Origin: a virus
Taxonomy: Duplodnaviria; Heunggongvirae; Uroviricota; Caudoviricetes
Direction: 5' to 3' (one strand)
DNA: 64,000 nt
IMG/VR virus record: IMGVR_UViG_3300042975_000097
A program made the position numbers and the translations under genes. Below, in pieces: positions 39,251 through 49,652 of this stretch (position 1 is the stretch's first letter; each line of letters begins with the position of its first letter). Below the pieces are notes generated by a model. It was not told where the DNA came from. It made no database searches and saw only the letters and a list, made by a program, of their open reading frames with translations.

Positions 39251-40500
39251 GCCCGCGCCCGTTCTCGCTTGTGCGCGGGTTCGCGAGCGCCGCCGCCACC
39301 GCTCCCCTTGGACAATCGTGATTCGCTCTCCACGAGTTCGCGGACGGCCGCCAGCAGCCGGCCATCATGGCTCTCGACGTCATCGCGCAGCATTCCCCGA
39401 AGCGCATCCACGTCAAGACCATTGCCCGCGGCGACGCCAGAGGCCAGCGATGACAGCCCGACCTGAACGTCAACCGGCACCGGGTCGGTGATGCTGATGT
39501 CCGCGTCCGCGGGGCGCCTCGCCATCGATTCGAGTTCGCGCAGCACGTCGACATCCTCCTCGCCCATCATCGCCAGCGCATCCTCGACGGTACGCGTGGA
39601 TCCCGTCGAATCGCGGGCGAGCGTGAAGTAGCCGGTGGCGCCTCTGACCACGGGCATCGAGCCGCGACGCCGGATCGCACTCTCACTGTTCGACCAGCGG
39701 AGCCGCCGGCCGTCGGCGACCGGGATGTCCCTGATGAGCGTGGGTTCCGATTCGGCGCGCAGCTGTGTCGCCAAAGTCAGAAGGGGCGGTCCGCTTATGA
39801 GCAGCGAGATAATGAGAACGATGATCACGCCGAGTGGATCCCCAGAATAGGCGATGGCCGTCGGCACGCCCAGAATAATCGAGACGATGATAGCAAAGAT
39901 ACTGGTGCCAAGGATGATCGGGTTGAATGAATACAGCATCAGCCGACGATAGGCGACGCAGTGCCGTCTGATGAACCGGCGCACCCATCCGCCGCGGTCA
40001 TGGACGGTCAGTTCGGCATCCGGTGAGCCGCCGGCGTTCTCGTCGGCGTGGGCTCGCGCCCACTTGCCGCCCTCACGCTTGAGCTTCGCGTCCCCGATCA
40101 TCGCTGTCCACACGACGGCGATGCGCGAGCCGTACGCCGTCTGCGTGGTCAACAATTCCTCGTCGGCACGGTGGAAGGATTTGTAATCCCATTCCCTAAA
40201 CTTCGGCATGTCATCGGGGTTCATTCCTCGGAACCAACTAATCTCCTTAACGAGTTGGGGGAGGTCGTGGAGGGAGTCGCGCATCGACCATGGCACGCAT
40301 ACGCGCGCTTGCATGATTGCGCCATCGCGGACGATGATGTCCGCGTCCGTGTTGCTGAGATCCTTGTTGCTGATGTCCATATGGCCGAGTGTAGCACTAG
40401 TCAGTGGCCGACGCCTTGGAGCGGAATCCCGTGCCGACGCGCGCTATACCTGATAGCTCCCACCTTTAACACGATTTGAGGGGGTCGTCCCGTAGTTTTA
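39205..40500. repeat. segmental duplication, copy 1 (paired with 53893-55200)
   Basis: Near-identical DNA including the gene and a flanking 60-bp repeat unit. Confidence 0.8.
39247..40380 (-). CDS. hypothetical membrane protein (copy 1 of a duplicated gene)
   Basis: 377 aa, ~95% identical to the 53934-55076 product. Central TM region. Confidence 0.55.
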   Translation of the reverse strand: MDISNKDLSNTDADIIVRDGAIMQARVCVPWSMRDSLHDLPQLVKEISWFRGMNPDDMPKFREWDYKSFHRADEELLTTQTAYGSRIAVVWTAMIGDAKLKREGGKWARAHADENAGGSPDAELTVHDRGGWVRRFIRRHCVAYRRLMLYSFNPIILGTSIFAIIVSIILGVPTAIAYSGDPLGVIIVLIISLLISGPPLLTLATQLRAESEPTLIRDIPVADGRRLRWSNSESAIRRRGSMPVVRGATGYFTLARDSTGSTRTVEDALAMMGEEDVDVLRELESMARRPADADISITDPVPVDVQVGLSSLASGVAAGNGLDVDALRGMLRDDVESHDGRLLAAVRELVESESRLSKGSGGGGAREPAHKRERARA

Positions 40501-41582
40501 GTGAGGGACATGATGCCTTCCGAGGATGGCCGGGGCATAGGTTCCTGCTGGGGAGTACGGGCCGTGGTGCCGGGGATTGCCATGGCTGAACTGTGCTTCG
40601 ATCTGCCTGTGGCCGCCGCCATACCTGATAGCTTCCACCTTTAACACGATTTGACGGGGATCGCTCTTAGTTCTCGCCACTAGGGAGCGGGGTGGTGTGG
40701 ACCGATGGAGTGCTGGTGGCATTGGCATGTGTGGCATCGTCCTGTGGGACCATGATGGTGGGTGCTGGTTGATCTTGCTTCGCCTGTGGATTCGCTATAT
40801 CTGATAGCTCCCTCCTTTAACGCGATTCCGAGGGGGTAGGACGGGGATTTCTCGATGGAATGAATCACGATCGCTATTCGAGCAGTACCGCTGTCGAGAT
40901 GACGTCGTTGACAGCGGTATCGGAGCCCAGTGGTTTCGTCGGCAGAACGTAATCGCCGAACGTCAACAGTAAAACAGGGCAGATATCCATATATGCCCTG
41001 AGAGCCACAAAAAGGGGCATTAGACGGAGTTTATGTCAAAAACGATAGATTATACTTATTTGATATAAAAACGTCTTACGCGGAAACCTCGCAAGCATGA
41101 GCACCCCTGTATCATATGTGTTCCGTTGCCCACGTCACAACATGATGGATGCCATCGATGTATAACCACTCTCCGTAGATCGAGTCGGAAGTACCCTCGG
41201 AATCGTGTTAAAGGTGGGAGCTATCAGGTATAGCACCGGCAGAGCGAAGGGAAGTTCGGACGTGGCCACCACCAGCAAACCACCATCCTCATCAGGAGCG
41301 CATCCTCCACCCCTCGGATAAAGCATCATGGCCCTCACAAAAGCTACGGTCCTACCCCTCCGAATCGTGTTAAAGGTGGAAGCTATCAGGTATAGCGGGC
41401 GACAGCACGCGAGGCAAACCGCGCACATCATCCCTCCATTCCCATGCCAGCACAGCCATTATCACCCCATGCCCCGGACGAGGAGCAGCCATCACGTCGA
41501 CGTCCATCAATCAGGAACAGCAGGACAGCTATGGATGACCCCCTAGAATCGCGTTAAAGGAGGGAGCTATCAGGTATAGCGA
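40444..41582. repeat. inverted array of six ~175-bp units (3 forward, AT-rich centre, 3 reverse), each with the conserved core GCTATACCTGATAGCTCCCACCTTTAACACGATTCCGAGGG
   Basis: Forward cores at 40444, 40620, 40795. Reverse-complement cores at 41190, 41358, 41541. Core hairpin GCTAT-acctg-ATAGC. AT-rich centre 40960-41150. Unit flanks are partly conserved (F1 ~ R2). Confidence 0.7.
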
Positions 41583-41680
41583 AGCCACAGGCGTCTGTGA
41601 TATCACATCAACAGGTACACCCGCCCGAACGCACCCAGGAGTGCTATACTGGAGGCAGTCACACAGGAAGGCCAAGCACA

Positions 41681-42475
41681 ATGTCACGGACGATCAAGGA
41701 CAGGCCCTACATCTCGATGGCCGCCGAGGCGTCGCGCCGCGGCTTCACGGAGACGCCACGCTGGCGCGGGCACGGCGGCCGGCGCGACGGGTACGGCTCA
41801 TACGGCTTCAAGGTCGCCGTGCCCGTCGATGACGACGGTCTGCTCATGGACTGGCTACACTACGTCGACCAGTTCGCCGTGGACATCAATGTCGAATGGG
41901 ACGTGAGCAACATGACGTTCATCGCCGTCGAGGACATGTTCGGCGATGCCCGGCGGTTCGCCGACGTTCGTCAGGTCGGCCCCGATGGCAACGTCATCGG
42001 CTATGAGTTGTACCACTACGCCCGCGTGTGGACGGATGGCCACGTGCCCATCATCTGGTGGTCGTACGGCGTTAGCGCGGCATCGGACGTCTTCAACGAG
42101 TACCCGCCATCCGAGCGCGCATTACAGCCATGGGCATCCATGGTCGGCGAGCGCCGCGTGAACGTCATCAGCGGCACCGTCCGCTTCGCCCGCACGTCGG
42201 CGGGCGGGCTCGTACATGACCCGCGTTACGCCGCGTCGATCAGCGCGGACATTCCCGCGTACCTTCGGGCCACGGGCCGGCGCGGTCGACGGTGGGAGCG
42301 GTTCGCCGCCCCCGGTCGCGGGCACAGGTCGGCGCCGGTCGCCGATTCGAGATCGACGGTGAACGACCGGCTGCGCCGCGCGGTCACCGAGTTCAACGGC
42401 GGCGATGCCGACGAGGACTGGGATGACCCGGCGGTCACCGTGGACAGGCATGACGACCGCTGGTGGATCGATTAG
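41681..42475 (+). CDS. hypothetical protein (MSRTIKDRPY...)
   Basis: ORF 41597-42475 with an internal ATG at 41681. N-terminus shared with the 50404-50667 product. Confidence 0.45.
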   Translation: MSRTIKDRPYISMAAEASRRGFTETPRWRGHGGRRDGYGSYGFKVAVPVDDDGLLMDWLHYVDQFAVDINVEWDVSNMTFIAVEDMFGDARRFADVRQVGPDGNVIGYELYHYARVWTDGHVPIIWWSYGVSAASDVFNEYPPSERALQPWASMVGERRVNVISGTVRFARTSAGGLVHDPRYAASISADIPAYLRATGRRGRRWERFAAPGRGHRSAPVADSRSTVNDRLRRAVTEFNGGDADEDWDDPAVTVDRHDDRWWID

Positions 42476-42580
42476 AGGGCGTTTTCGCCGGCCACGACGC
42501 CATGCCCGGCGAGCACGCGAGCGCGTGTCGCGGGATCGGCGTATGCTGGCGCCACGTACGACAAATAGAAAGGTGATGAC

Positions 42581-43069
42581 ATGAGCATCAAGGATGAGAT
42601 CAGGAAGCGGATGACCACGGCCATGCGCACGGGCGACAGGAAGACTCGGCTGCTGTGGTCGACGGTGCTGTCGGAGCTCCAGAACGCGGAGAAGAGCGGG
42701 CGCGACCCCCGCGGGTTCGATGATGCAGCCGCGACGGCGTTCCTGCGCTCGCAGATCAAGCAGCGCGCGAAGAGCGCCGCCGAGTACCGGGCGCATGCGG
42801 TCGCGGGCACGCCAGCCGGTGACCGCGCGTTGGAGCACGCAGACGCAGAGGAAGAGGAGGCGGCGGTCATCAACGAGGTGCTGCCCGCAATCGAGAGCGA
42901 CCGCGCGCGTCTGAAGACGGCGTTGCTCGCCGGTCGTGACCGCGCCGACAGGAAGGCGTTCGGCCATGCTATGGGCGTGATCGCGCGCGCGACCGATATC
43001 GACGCGGACGCTGCGGTGACGATCGCGGATGACGGGGACGTCGTGCTGACCGGCGTGGTCGCCGGTTAG
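42581..43069 (+). CDS. GatB/YqeY domain protein
   Basis: MSIKDEIRKRMTTAMRTGDRKTRLLWSTVLSELQNAEKSG... is a typical YqeY N-terminus. Confidence 0.7.
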   Translation: MSIKDEIRKRMTTAMRTGDRKTRLLWSTVLSELQNAEKSGRDPRGFDDAAATAFLRSQIKQRAKSAAEYRAHAVAGTPAGDRALEHADAEEEEAAVINEVLPAIESDRARLKTALLAGRDRADRKAFGHAMGVIARATDIDADAAVTIADDGDVVLTGVVAG

Positions 43070-43175
43070 CGACCCACGCCGCGACACGCCCGGATCACCG
43101 TGACGTTGACGGTCGTTGGCCCGCATGATACCATGAGTGTCATCAGGCAAACGAAGTCAAGTCGAAGGAGTCATC

Positions 43176-43589
43176 ATGGGTTACACGCACTACTGGAACG
43201 GTCGTTATCATCTCACTGAGAATCTTGTTGAGGATGTGAAGTCCATCATCGCGAAGGCCAGGGAGGATGGCATCGTCCTTGGCGACTGGGAGGGCAACGG
43301 CGAACCCGAGGTCAGCACGCGGCTGATCTCGTTCAACGGTTCCGCAGCGAGGGACGAGGATTTCGAGACCGCCGCGTTCGATGACGATTCGGAAGGCTTC
43401 TGCAAGACCGGGCGCAAGCCTTATGACGTCGTGGTCGGCGCGGTGCTGCTGCGCATCCGGCATTACAATCGGAACTTCCGCATCGAGTCGGACGGCGACT
43501 GGGACGACGAGTACGAGTGGGTTCCGGTTCGCGCGCTGTACCGCGAGGTGTTCGGAGAGGAGCCGACCAAGCCGGAGGGCATGAAGTAA
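43176..43589 (+). CDS. hypothetical protein
   Basis: RBS AAGGAG before ATG (MGYTHYWNGRYH...). Confidence 0.5.
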   Translation: MGYTHYWNGRYHLTENLVEDVKSIIAKAREDGIVLGDWEGNGEPEVSTRLISFNGSAARDEDFETAAFDDDSEGFCKTGRKPYDVVVGAVLLRIRHYNRNFRIESDGDWDDEYEWVPVRALYREVFGEEPTKPEGMK

Positions 43590-43609
43590 GAACGCGGTAA
43601 GAATCATGA

Positions 43610-43644
43610 CTTGACACTCCCGGGGTTGAAACCCCGGGAGTGTC
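43610..43644 (-). terminator. hairpin GACACTCCCGGGG-ttgaaa-CCCCGGGAGTGTC; solo copy of the IS605 right-end terminus, likely an intrinsic terminator
   Basis: 31 nt identical to the right end at 6677-6707, including the GTCAAG terminus. 13-bp perfect stem. T-rich tract follows. Confidence 0.5.
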
Positions 43645-44263
43645 AATTTCGTTCCATTGGAAAGCGTTGAGGTAATCATATGGATTATATAACGTTGGAG
43701 AGTACCGCTGATTCTCTGTTGTCAACAGTTGCTGGCATGGTGATTTTCTGTGGTTAGATTCTTGTATCGATAGTAATGTGCGATATTATCATGGTATGAA
43801 AAAGCATTAACGTGCGAGCATGATGGGCGTTACCACGCAAACCATACGTGATCACGTTCACAAACTCATCAAACAAGCACAACATAACAGTAATGGCGGG
43901 TACCCCATAACCGTGAGTACATCGCATAAGGAAAGGCTAACCACCACCTTATTGAGCAATCACATTACCACCAGTCACGCGCGCACCATGGCACACCATG
44001 GCAAAACGCAACGAAACTGGTAACGGTGGTATCCACCATACTGTAACGTATCTAGATCAAGCCTTTTCGCGCATCCATCGATCCGACTATGCCGAGATCC
44101 CTACAAGGGCGCGGCGATCTCAGCATGGTCAAAATCTAGCGTCGGAGCGAGGGTCCTAAAACCGGTTTTCAGCGCGTCACGGGTGATCCTGTGCTAAGAT
44201 TGCACCTAGAGGTTCTAGAGGTTCCAGAAGGCCAATAATCAAGATCAAGGAGCAGTGAAGGGA

Positions 44264-45400
44264 ATGGCAAGAACAGTGAAGAAGGTGACGGCATCCGTGT
44301 CTACGTCCGTGGATGCGCCCGTAGGCAATGACGCTGGCGCGGACGGCATTGCGGGAGACGACGTCGACGGTATGGCATCATCCGTGGATTCTACGGCGCA
44401 TGTCGTGGACGGGATGACGTCCAATGAGGGGAAGGCGGTCATGAGCGCTTTCGCCGCGAACGTCATCGTGGCTCTGGCGAAGCTGATCTGCGGTCTTTTC
44501 GGCGTCACCGCCATGCTCAGCGAGGCGGTGCACTCCGCCGCGGACTCTCTGAACGAAGTGGCGCTGATCGTCGGTAGAAGAAAGAGCCATGAGCCTCCCA
44601 CAAGGGATCGTCCTCTTGGCGGAAGCAGAGCGCGGTACTTCGCGTCGTTCCTCGTGGCGGTGCTTCTCTTCGGTCTTGGAGGCGTCTTCACGATGTCCAC
44701 GGCCGTGTCCAAGGTCGGAGCGATCGTGAAGGGCGGTCCCGGCGCGCATGACATAGATTCCATGGCGTTGATGGCGTCGATCTTCGTGATCGTCGTCAGC
44801 GCGTTAGCGGAGGGATGGAGCCTTCACACGTCCATCGGTGAGGCGAAGGAGCGTTGGCATGTCGTCGGTATGAGAGGAAGATTCTCCCTCGTGCGATTCT
44901 GGGTTGACACGAAGTCAAGTGATCTTACCAGCGTGCTTGCTGAGGACGTTCTCGCGCTCGCGGGTCTCGCCGTGGCTCTCATTGGATGCGTTCTTAGTTT
45001 GTCCACCGGGGACGAGATCTGGGATGCGTTCGCGTCTCTCATGATTGGTCTCATCCTAGTGGTGGGATCCGTCGCGCTTGGCGTCCAGAACGCATCCCTA
45101 CTGACGGGGGAGGGCGTGGACGGCGCGGTGTATGATGAGATCATGTCCGTCGTCAGTGCCAACAGGGACGTGAAGGCGGTGCTGCATCCGCCGATCATCT
45201 ACCATCTGTCGGAGAAGCGGATCAGTGGAACCCTCAAGCTCCAGTTCGCCAGACGTCGAGGGACCACCGTGGAGTCTCAGATCAACTCCCTTGAGGACAA
45301 GATCCGCGCCGCCGTGCCCTACTACACGATCGACCTGTGGATCGAACCCGACGTCTATGATCCCGACAAGGCGGCGGTGGAGATCACGTCCGTGGACTGA
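44264..45400 (+). CDS. cation diffusion facilitator (CDF) family metal efflux transporter
   Basis: RBS AAGGAG. Motif LSEAVHSAADSLNEV in TM2. Six TM helices. C-terminal cytoplasmic domain. Confidence 0.75.
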   Translation: MARTVKKVTASVSTSVDAPVGNDAGADGIAGDDVDGMASSVDSTAHVVDGMTSNEGKAVMSAFAANVIVALAKLICGLFGVTAMLSEAVHSAADSLNEVALIVGRRKSHEPPTRDRPLGGSRARYFASFLVAVLLFGLGGVFTMSTAVSKVGAIVKGGPGAHDIDSMALMASIFVIVVSALAEGWSLHTSIGEAKERWHVVGMRGRFSLVRFWVDTKSSDLTSVLAEDVLALAGLAVALIGCVLSLSTGDEIWDAFASLMIGLILVVGSVALGVQNASLLTGEGVDGAVYDEIMSVVSANRDVKAVLHPPIIYHLSEKRISGTLKLQFARRRGTTVESQINSLEDKIRAAVPYYTIDLWIEPDVYDPDKAAVEITSVD

Positions 45401-45465
45401 TCCGCCATGTGACTATAGTAGGTATTCGGATTTACTATCAATACATAATATTCCAAGGCGCCGCA

Positions 45466-46491
45466 TCATCTGCGTGCGGTACGTCTTTGCTGATTGTCCT
45501 TATCGAACGTCTTCCACTGTTCTATGCTTATGCTCCTGTCTATTGAGTTGACTCTTCTCGTCGCCCATTTATTGTATTCGGTGTTCTCATCGCATGCAAG
45601 CCATTGTCGGTGAAGCTGCGATGCGGTGACCGCCGTGGTTCCTGAACCTGAGAATGGATCGAGTATCATGTCTCCGTCATTGCTTGATGCAAGTATGAGT
45701 TTCCTGATGAGTTCTTCCGGTTTCTGGGTCGGGTGCGGAGTCTTTTCATGCATGCCATTGCAGGTCGTAGGTATTTCTATCACGTCCTTTGGTTTTGCCC
45801 CTCTTGGATTCGGTGTCCAGTGCTGATCATCGTTTCCATATTGTGATGAATCGGCTTGTGGATGATCCGGATATTTCAGCGTGTGATTTCCGTATGGAAT
45901 GCGTACATCATCATAATTGATGTGGCTGAAATCCTTTTTCCGAAGATGGAGGATGCTTTCATGCGATCTTCCCCAATCCTTTCCCAGGTTCGCCTTGTTC
46001 CTATAGAACCAGACCAGCCATCTGCATGAATCGAAGTATTCCATTGCGGGATGTTTGATATCCGCTAGTATTTCACTGAATCCACATACGTAGAGGCTCC
46101 CTGTTGGTTTAAGTATTCGTGACGCCTGTGAAATCCATTGCATCGACCATGATATATACTGCTCCTGTGATGCGAAATTATCCCATGCGGCTTTTCCGAT
46201 ATTGTATGGTGGATCTGCAAATACCATATCAATGCTCTCGTCCTTAACATTATGTAGCCATTGTATGCTGTCTCCGGTGAATAACGCCCCGTCTTGGAAT
46301 ACGGTTAGATCGACTGGCGGTGCTGGCCGGCATAAAAAGAATGGCGCAATGTCGAGCGGTTCGTCTTGCTGAATTTCGTCGCCTTTGACTGTTCGCCATG
46401 TAGTCATCAGGTACCTGCTTTCGTTCAAGTCTTTTATTCTTCGGTTTTCCATGATGCCATTGCCGACAAATGTCGGTGATGGCATTTGTAT
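45466..46491 (-). CDS. DNA methyltransferase, beta class (N6-adenine or N4-cytosine), orphan
   Basis: DPPYNIG (motif IV) upstream of LDPFSGSGTT (motif I). Lies in a low-GC island with no adjacent nuclease gene seen. Confidence 0.7.
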   Translation of the reverse strand: MQMPSPTFVGNGIMENRRIKDLNESRYLMTTWRTVKGDEIQQDEPLDIAPFFLCRPAPPVDLTVFQDGALFTGDSIQWLHNVKDESIDMVFADPPYNIGKAAWDNFASQEQYISWSMQWISQASRILKPTGSLYVCGFSEILADIKHPAMEYFDSCRWLVWFYRNKANLGKDWGRSHESILHLRKKDFSHINYDDVRIPYGNHTLKYPDHPQADSSQYGNDDQHWTPNPRGAKPKDVIEIPTTCNGMHEKTPHPTQKPEELIRKLILASSNDGDMILDPFSGSGTTAVTASQLHRQWLACDENTEYNKWATRRVNSIDRSISIEQWKTFDKDNQQRRTARR

Positions 46492-46606
46492 TCTCGATAT
46501 GCTGAATATGAACATGATGATTGAACTACGTATGGTGTTCCATTGAAAACAGTCCGAGCCTAGACGGACAAATTGACCGCCCGCGATCATACGCCGCGGC
46601 GCGCGG

Positions 46607-47166
46607 CTACACGATCGTCGGCGAGGAAGGGGAGATAGCGTCTGGTCTCAATGACCAGCGCCGACGGTACAGCGCGCGCATGGCCGTCAGGTCAAGACCG
46701 AGGGGCGTGAGCCGGGCAAGCGTTTCGATGTCGTCATCGTCGGCGGCCGCGCGCCAAGCGCTTGCGGATTCGCCGGCGGGGCGGTCGACGGAATGGATCG
46801 TGACGCCAGCGCAGCCGGCTCCGGCATCGCGCACCTGCCTATCATAGCCGGCGGCGCGATCGACCCCCACGACGACGTCGTTGACGGCGATGCCGTTATC
46901 GGCAAGCCATGCGATGATGTCGGGGAGGTACCCGTTCGCTGCCGTGAGCGCGGGGATGCCGGGAAGAGCCGAGCGGATCATGGCCACGCGGTCGTCGAGA
47001 GTGAACGGCCGGCGACGATCCAGCCGCCCCGCGTCGATGACGAGCACGAGCGGGTTCGGGCATGATTCGATGAGGCGGACGTGCCCCGTGTGAAGCGGCT
47101 GGTAACGGCCGGGAACGAGCGTGAACGGGCCATGCCCGGTCGGCGGCATGATCATTCTCATGCTGT
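46607..47166 (-). CDS. cytidylyltransferase-like nucleotidyltransferase (HxGH family)
   Basis: GRYQPLHTGH motif near the N-terminus. Start MNSMRMIMPP at 47166. Confidence 0.45.
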
Positions 47167-47368
47167 TCATGATACGGCATGCCGTTGACGAGCCGACGCC
47201 TCTCTCCCTAGAATGTTTCAAAATCCTAACATCGTATACATGTAATGATATCGTAACATATTAAGAATGTAACAGTTAACGAACATTCTGCGGTATCCAT
47301 GCCCGGTCGGCAGTATGATCATTCTCACACCGTTCATAGTACAGCATGCCGTTGACGAGCCGGCTTCG
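47133..47368. repeat. ~65-bp direct duplication (47133-47205 and 47296-47368) flanking a 90-bp AT-rich insert with 8-bp terminal inverted repeats AGAATGTT/AACATTCT
   Basis: Both copies contain CATGCCCGGTCGGC.GCATGATCATTCTCA...GCATGCCGTTGACGAGCCG. The insert has three (C/G)TAACA repeats. Confidence 0.6.
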
Positions 47369-47415
47369 GCGTTGATGGTGTATCATGGCGAGAGTAAGAG
47401 CATATACGGGAGGTC

Positions 47416-48945
47416 GTGATCGTGAACATTGACGTCAACGGGCGGATACGGGCGTTCGGCAGGCGGGTCGGTTCGCTGGTAGTGGTGCCGGTGACGACCC
47501 CGCCACCGAACGCCGACAAGCGCGATGACGGCGACAGCGACGCTGACGGTCGGCCATTGTTCACCACCGAGGACCCGTGGAGCGTGAGCATCGACAGGGA
47601 CCGGGACGGCACGGTCGGTCACATCGACTATTCGGGGCCGGCCGTTACCTCGGATGAACTCATCGAGCGCGCCGCGTCCGATCTCCATGTCACCGTGGGC
47701 GAGGTGCGCGCGCTGGCACCGGTGATCAGCATGCGGGCCACGCGCTTCCCCGTCCGTTATCGCGTGACGTTCCATAAGAACGCCGCCGGCGAGCCGTTAT
47801 CGGTGGATGACGATGATGATGCCCTACTGCGCCCCGTGGATGCCGATGCCGATGACGATGCTGCCAAATCGATGATCCTGGTGTGGTTGGGCGATCCATG
47901 GAAGGTCTTGGCTTCCGCGGGTCCGTTGATGATGGCGGCAACTAATAACGCGGTGGTTGTTTTTACTGGCCTGGTTTTATCGGTCGGTCTCTTTCTCGTC
48001 TCGACGATAGAACTCATGGGTAATGGCGTGGCCGGCTGCGCGGTGTCACGTGATGGTATCGCCTTGATGGTCAAGGGAAGGATGTCGCGCTGGTCGCTGT
48101 ACCTGAGCATCCGCCGCGCTCTGCGGGCTGCTCGCAGGAAGGGTCTTGAGCCGGCCGGTATCGACACTTCGACCAGCTGGGCGCGCTCACGCGCCGCGTG
48201 GAGACTATCCGGCTCGTGTACGGCGTTATCACGCGATGACGGCGACATGGGCCTCGTTCGTCTTGACTGGCGGCCGGTCCGGCTGCCGGTAGAGCGGGAT
48301 GATGACACCGGGCTGGTGAACCCCGCCGAAATCGACGCCATGCTGCCGAGCGCGCACGAAATCGGCATGGCGATACGATACATCAATCTCACGCGCGACG
48401 TTTCGAGCATGGATGACGATGACGTCGACATGATACGCAGCACCAAGAGGGAACTCGGCGTCGAGTCCATGCGCGTTGTCGGCAAGCATCATCGGCGCGC
48501 GGCGGCGGACATGCCCGAGGATATCCCGTGGGAGCGGCTGGCGAACGATTACATCCGCGCCCGCGACTCGCTGGCGGCGCTGGACGCCCGCGATGACGTC
48601 GACGCGGATGCGGCGGCGCGTCTGCGCGGCGTGCTGTCGGCGGCGATGGCCGAGTTGTCCGACAGGGGCGTGGAGTCCATGACGCCGACGGACGCCAGCG
48701 TGCTCGCCGACCGGTGCGATGACTCGGTGGGCGCCGCGGCCACCGAGGTCGATGGCCTGGTGCGCCGCGCGGAGGCGTTGAGCACGGTGAACGGGTTCAT
48801 TGACGATCTCGGCGACGCGTTGGAGTTGAAGCGCCAGCGTGAGGCCGAGCGCGCGCGGTCGTTGCGGCCCATGGTCGACAAGGCCATCGAGCGCGCCCTC
48901 GCGAAGCAGCAGCCGGTGGCCGGCGAGCGTCAGCGATCACGGTGA
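47416..48945 (+). CDS. hypothetical membrane protein
   Basis: 509-aa ORF. TM region AVVVFTGLVLSVGLFLVSTI. Confidence 0.45.
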   Translation: MIVNIDVNGRIRAFGRRVGSLVVVPVTTPPPNADKRDDGDSDADGRPLFTTEDPWSVSIDRDRDGTVGHIDYSGPAVTSDELIERAASDLHVTVGEVRALAPVISMRATRFPVRYRVTFHKNAAGEPLSVDDDDDALLRPVDADADDDAAKSMILVWLGDPWKVLASAGPLMMAATNNAVVVFTGLVLSVGLFLVSTIELMGNGVAGCAVSRDGIALMVKGRMSRWSLYLSIRRALRAARRKGLEPAGIDTSTSWARSRAAWRLSGSCTALSRDDGDMGLVRLDWRPVRLPVERDDDTGLVNPAEIDAMLPSAHEIGMAIRYINLTRDVSSMDDDDVDMIRSTKRELGVESMRVVGKHHRRAAADMPEDIPWERLANDYIRARDSLAALDARDDVDADAAARLRGVLSAAMAELSDRGVESMTPTDASVLADRCDDSVGAAATEVDGLVRRAEALSTVNGFIDDLGDALELKRQREAERARSLRPMVDKAIERALAKQQPVAGERQRSR

Positions 48946-49475
48946 TGATGAACCGGTATAATGACATCGGAATGATTGAGTTGATCGTTCCCCTGCTTGC
49001 GGTGGTGGCGATGGTGATGATTGCACAGTCGCGTAACCAGTGCGCGCCGGAGTCGGCGTGGTGGACTCGTGATGGCATCGTGCTTCAAGCAGATCCGTTG
49101 CGGTCGGCGTTGGCGGCGGTGAGGCTCCTTGACATCGACGATCGCAAACGGGCGGACGCGCTCATGGATGTGTACTTGAAGTTGAAGGATGGCGGCGATC
49201 TTAGTGATCAGCCGACCATTCCGGCGCCGAGGTTCAATCGTTTCGCCTCGGCGTGGTGTATTCGGGCTGTGATGCGCCGCGCGTCCGTCCTCGGTGTACA
49301 CCCACACGGACTTACAGGCTCGACATGGCGGCAAGCATGGGCGTTGTCGGCGTTGACGGTCAAGCGCGCGAACGACGGGACGTTGATCGCTCCGTGCGTG
49401 TGGGAGGATGCTGATGGTCGGCTATTTGGCAACGGCGTTGGCGGAACCGGCTCCGAGTCACCCTCGGAATCATAA
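48942..49475 (+). CDS. hypothetical protein
   Basis: 177-aa ORF overlapping the upstream stop (ATGA). Confidence 0.4.
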   Translation: MMMNRYNDIGMIELIVPLLAVVAMVMIAQSRNQCAPESAWWTRDGIVLQADPLRSALAAVRLLDIDDRKRADALMDVYLKLKDGGDLSDQPTIPAPRFNRFASAWCIRAVMRRASVLGVHPHGLTGSTWRQAWALSALTVKRANDGTLIAPCVWEDADGRLFGNGVGGTGSESPSES

Positions 49476-49652
49476 GCGCGATCGCAATACGGGGAGGGCG
49501 ATAATCGGCGACCAGTCGATAGCGCTTAATGGGCAACCGTCGAATGCGATTGAATACCCCGTGTGACCGTGATCGACAAGCAGGCGCCGTTACCGTGGCG
49601 GCGTAGTCGTCGAGTGGCATCGAATGACATCACATGCCGCTCGCAAGCGGCG

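Noticed and set aside
40401-41546. Small ORFs inside the six-unit array encoding ...IVLKV(G/E)AIRYS... peptides
   Set aside because: Only two of the six units have an in-frame Met in a comparable position. Conservation is at the DNA level across units.
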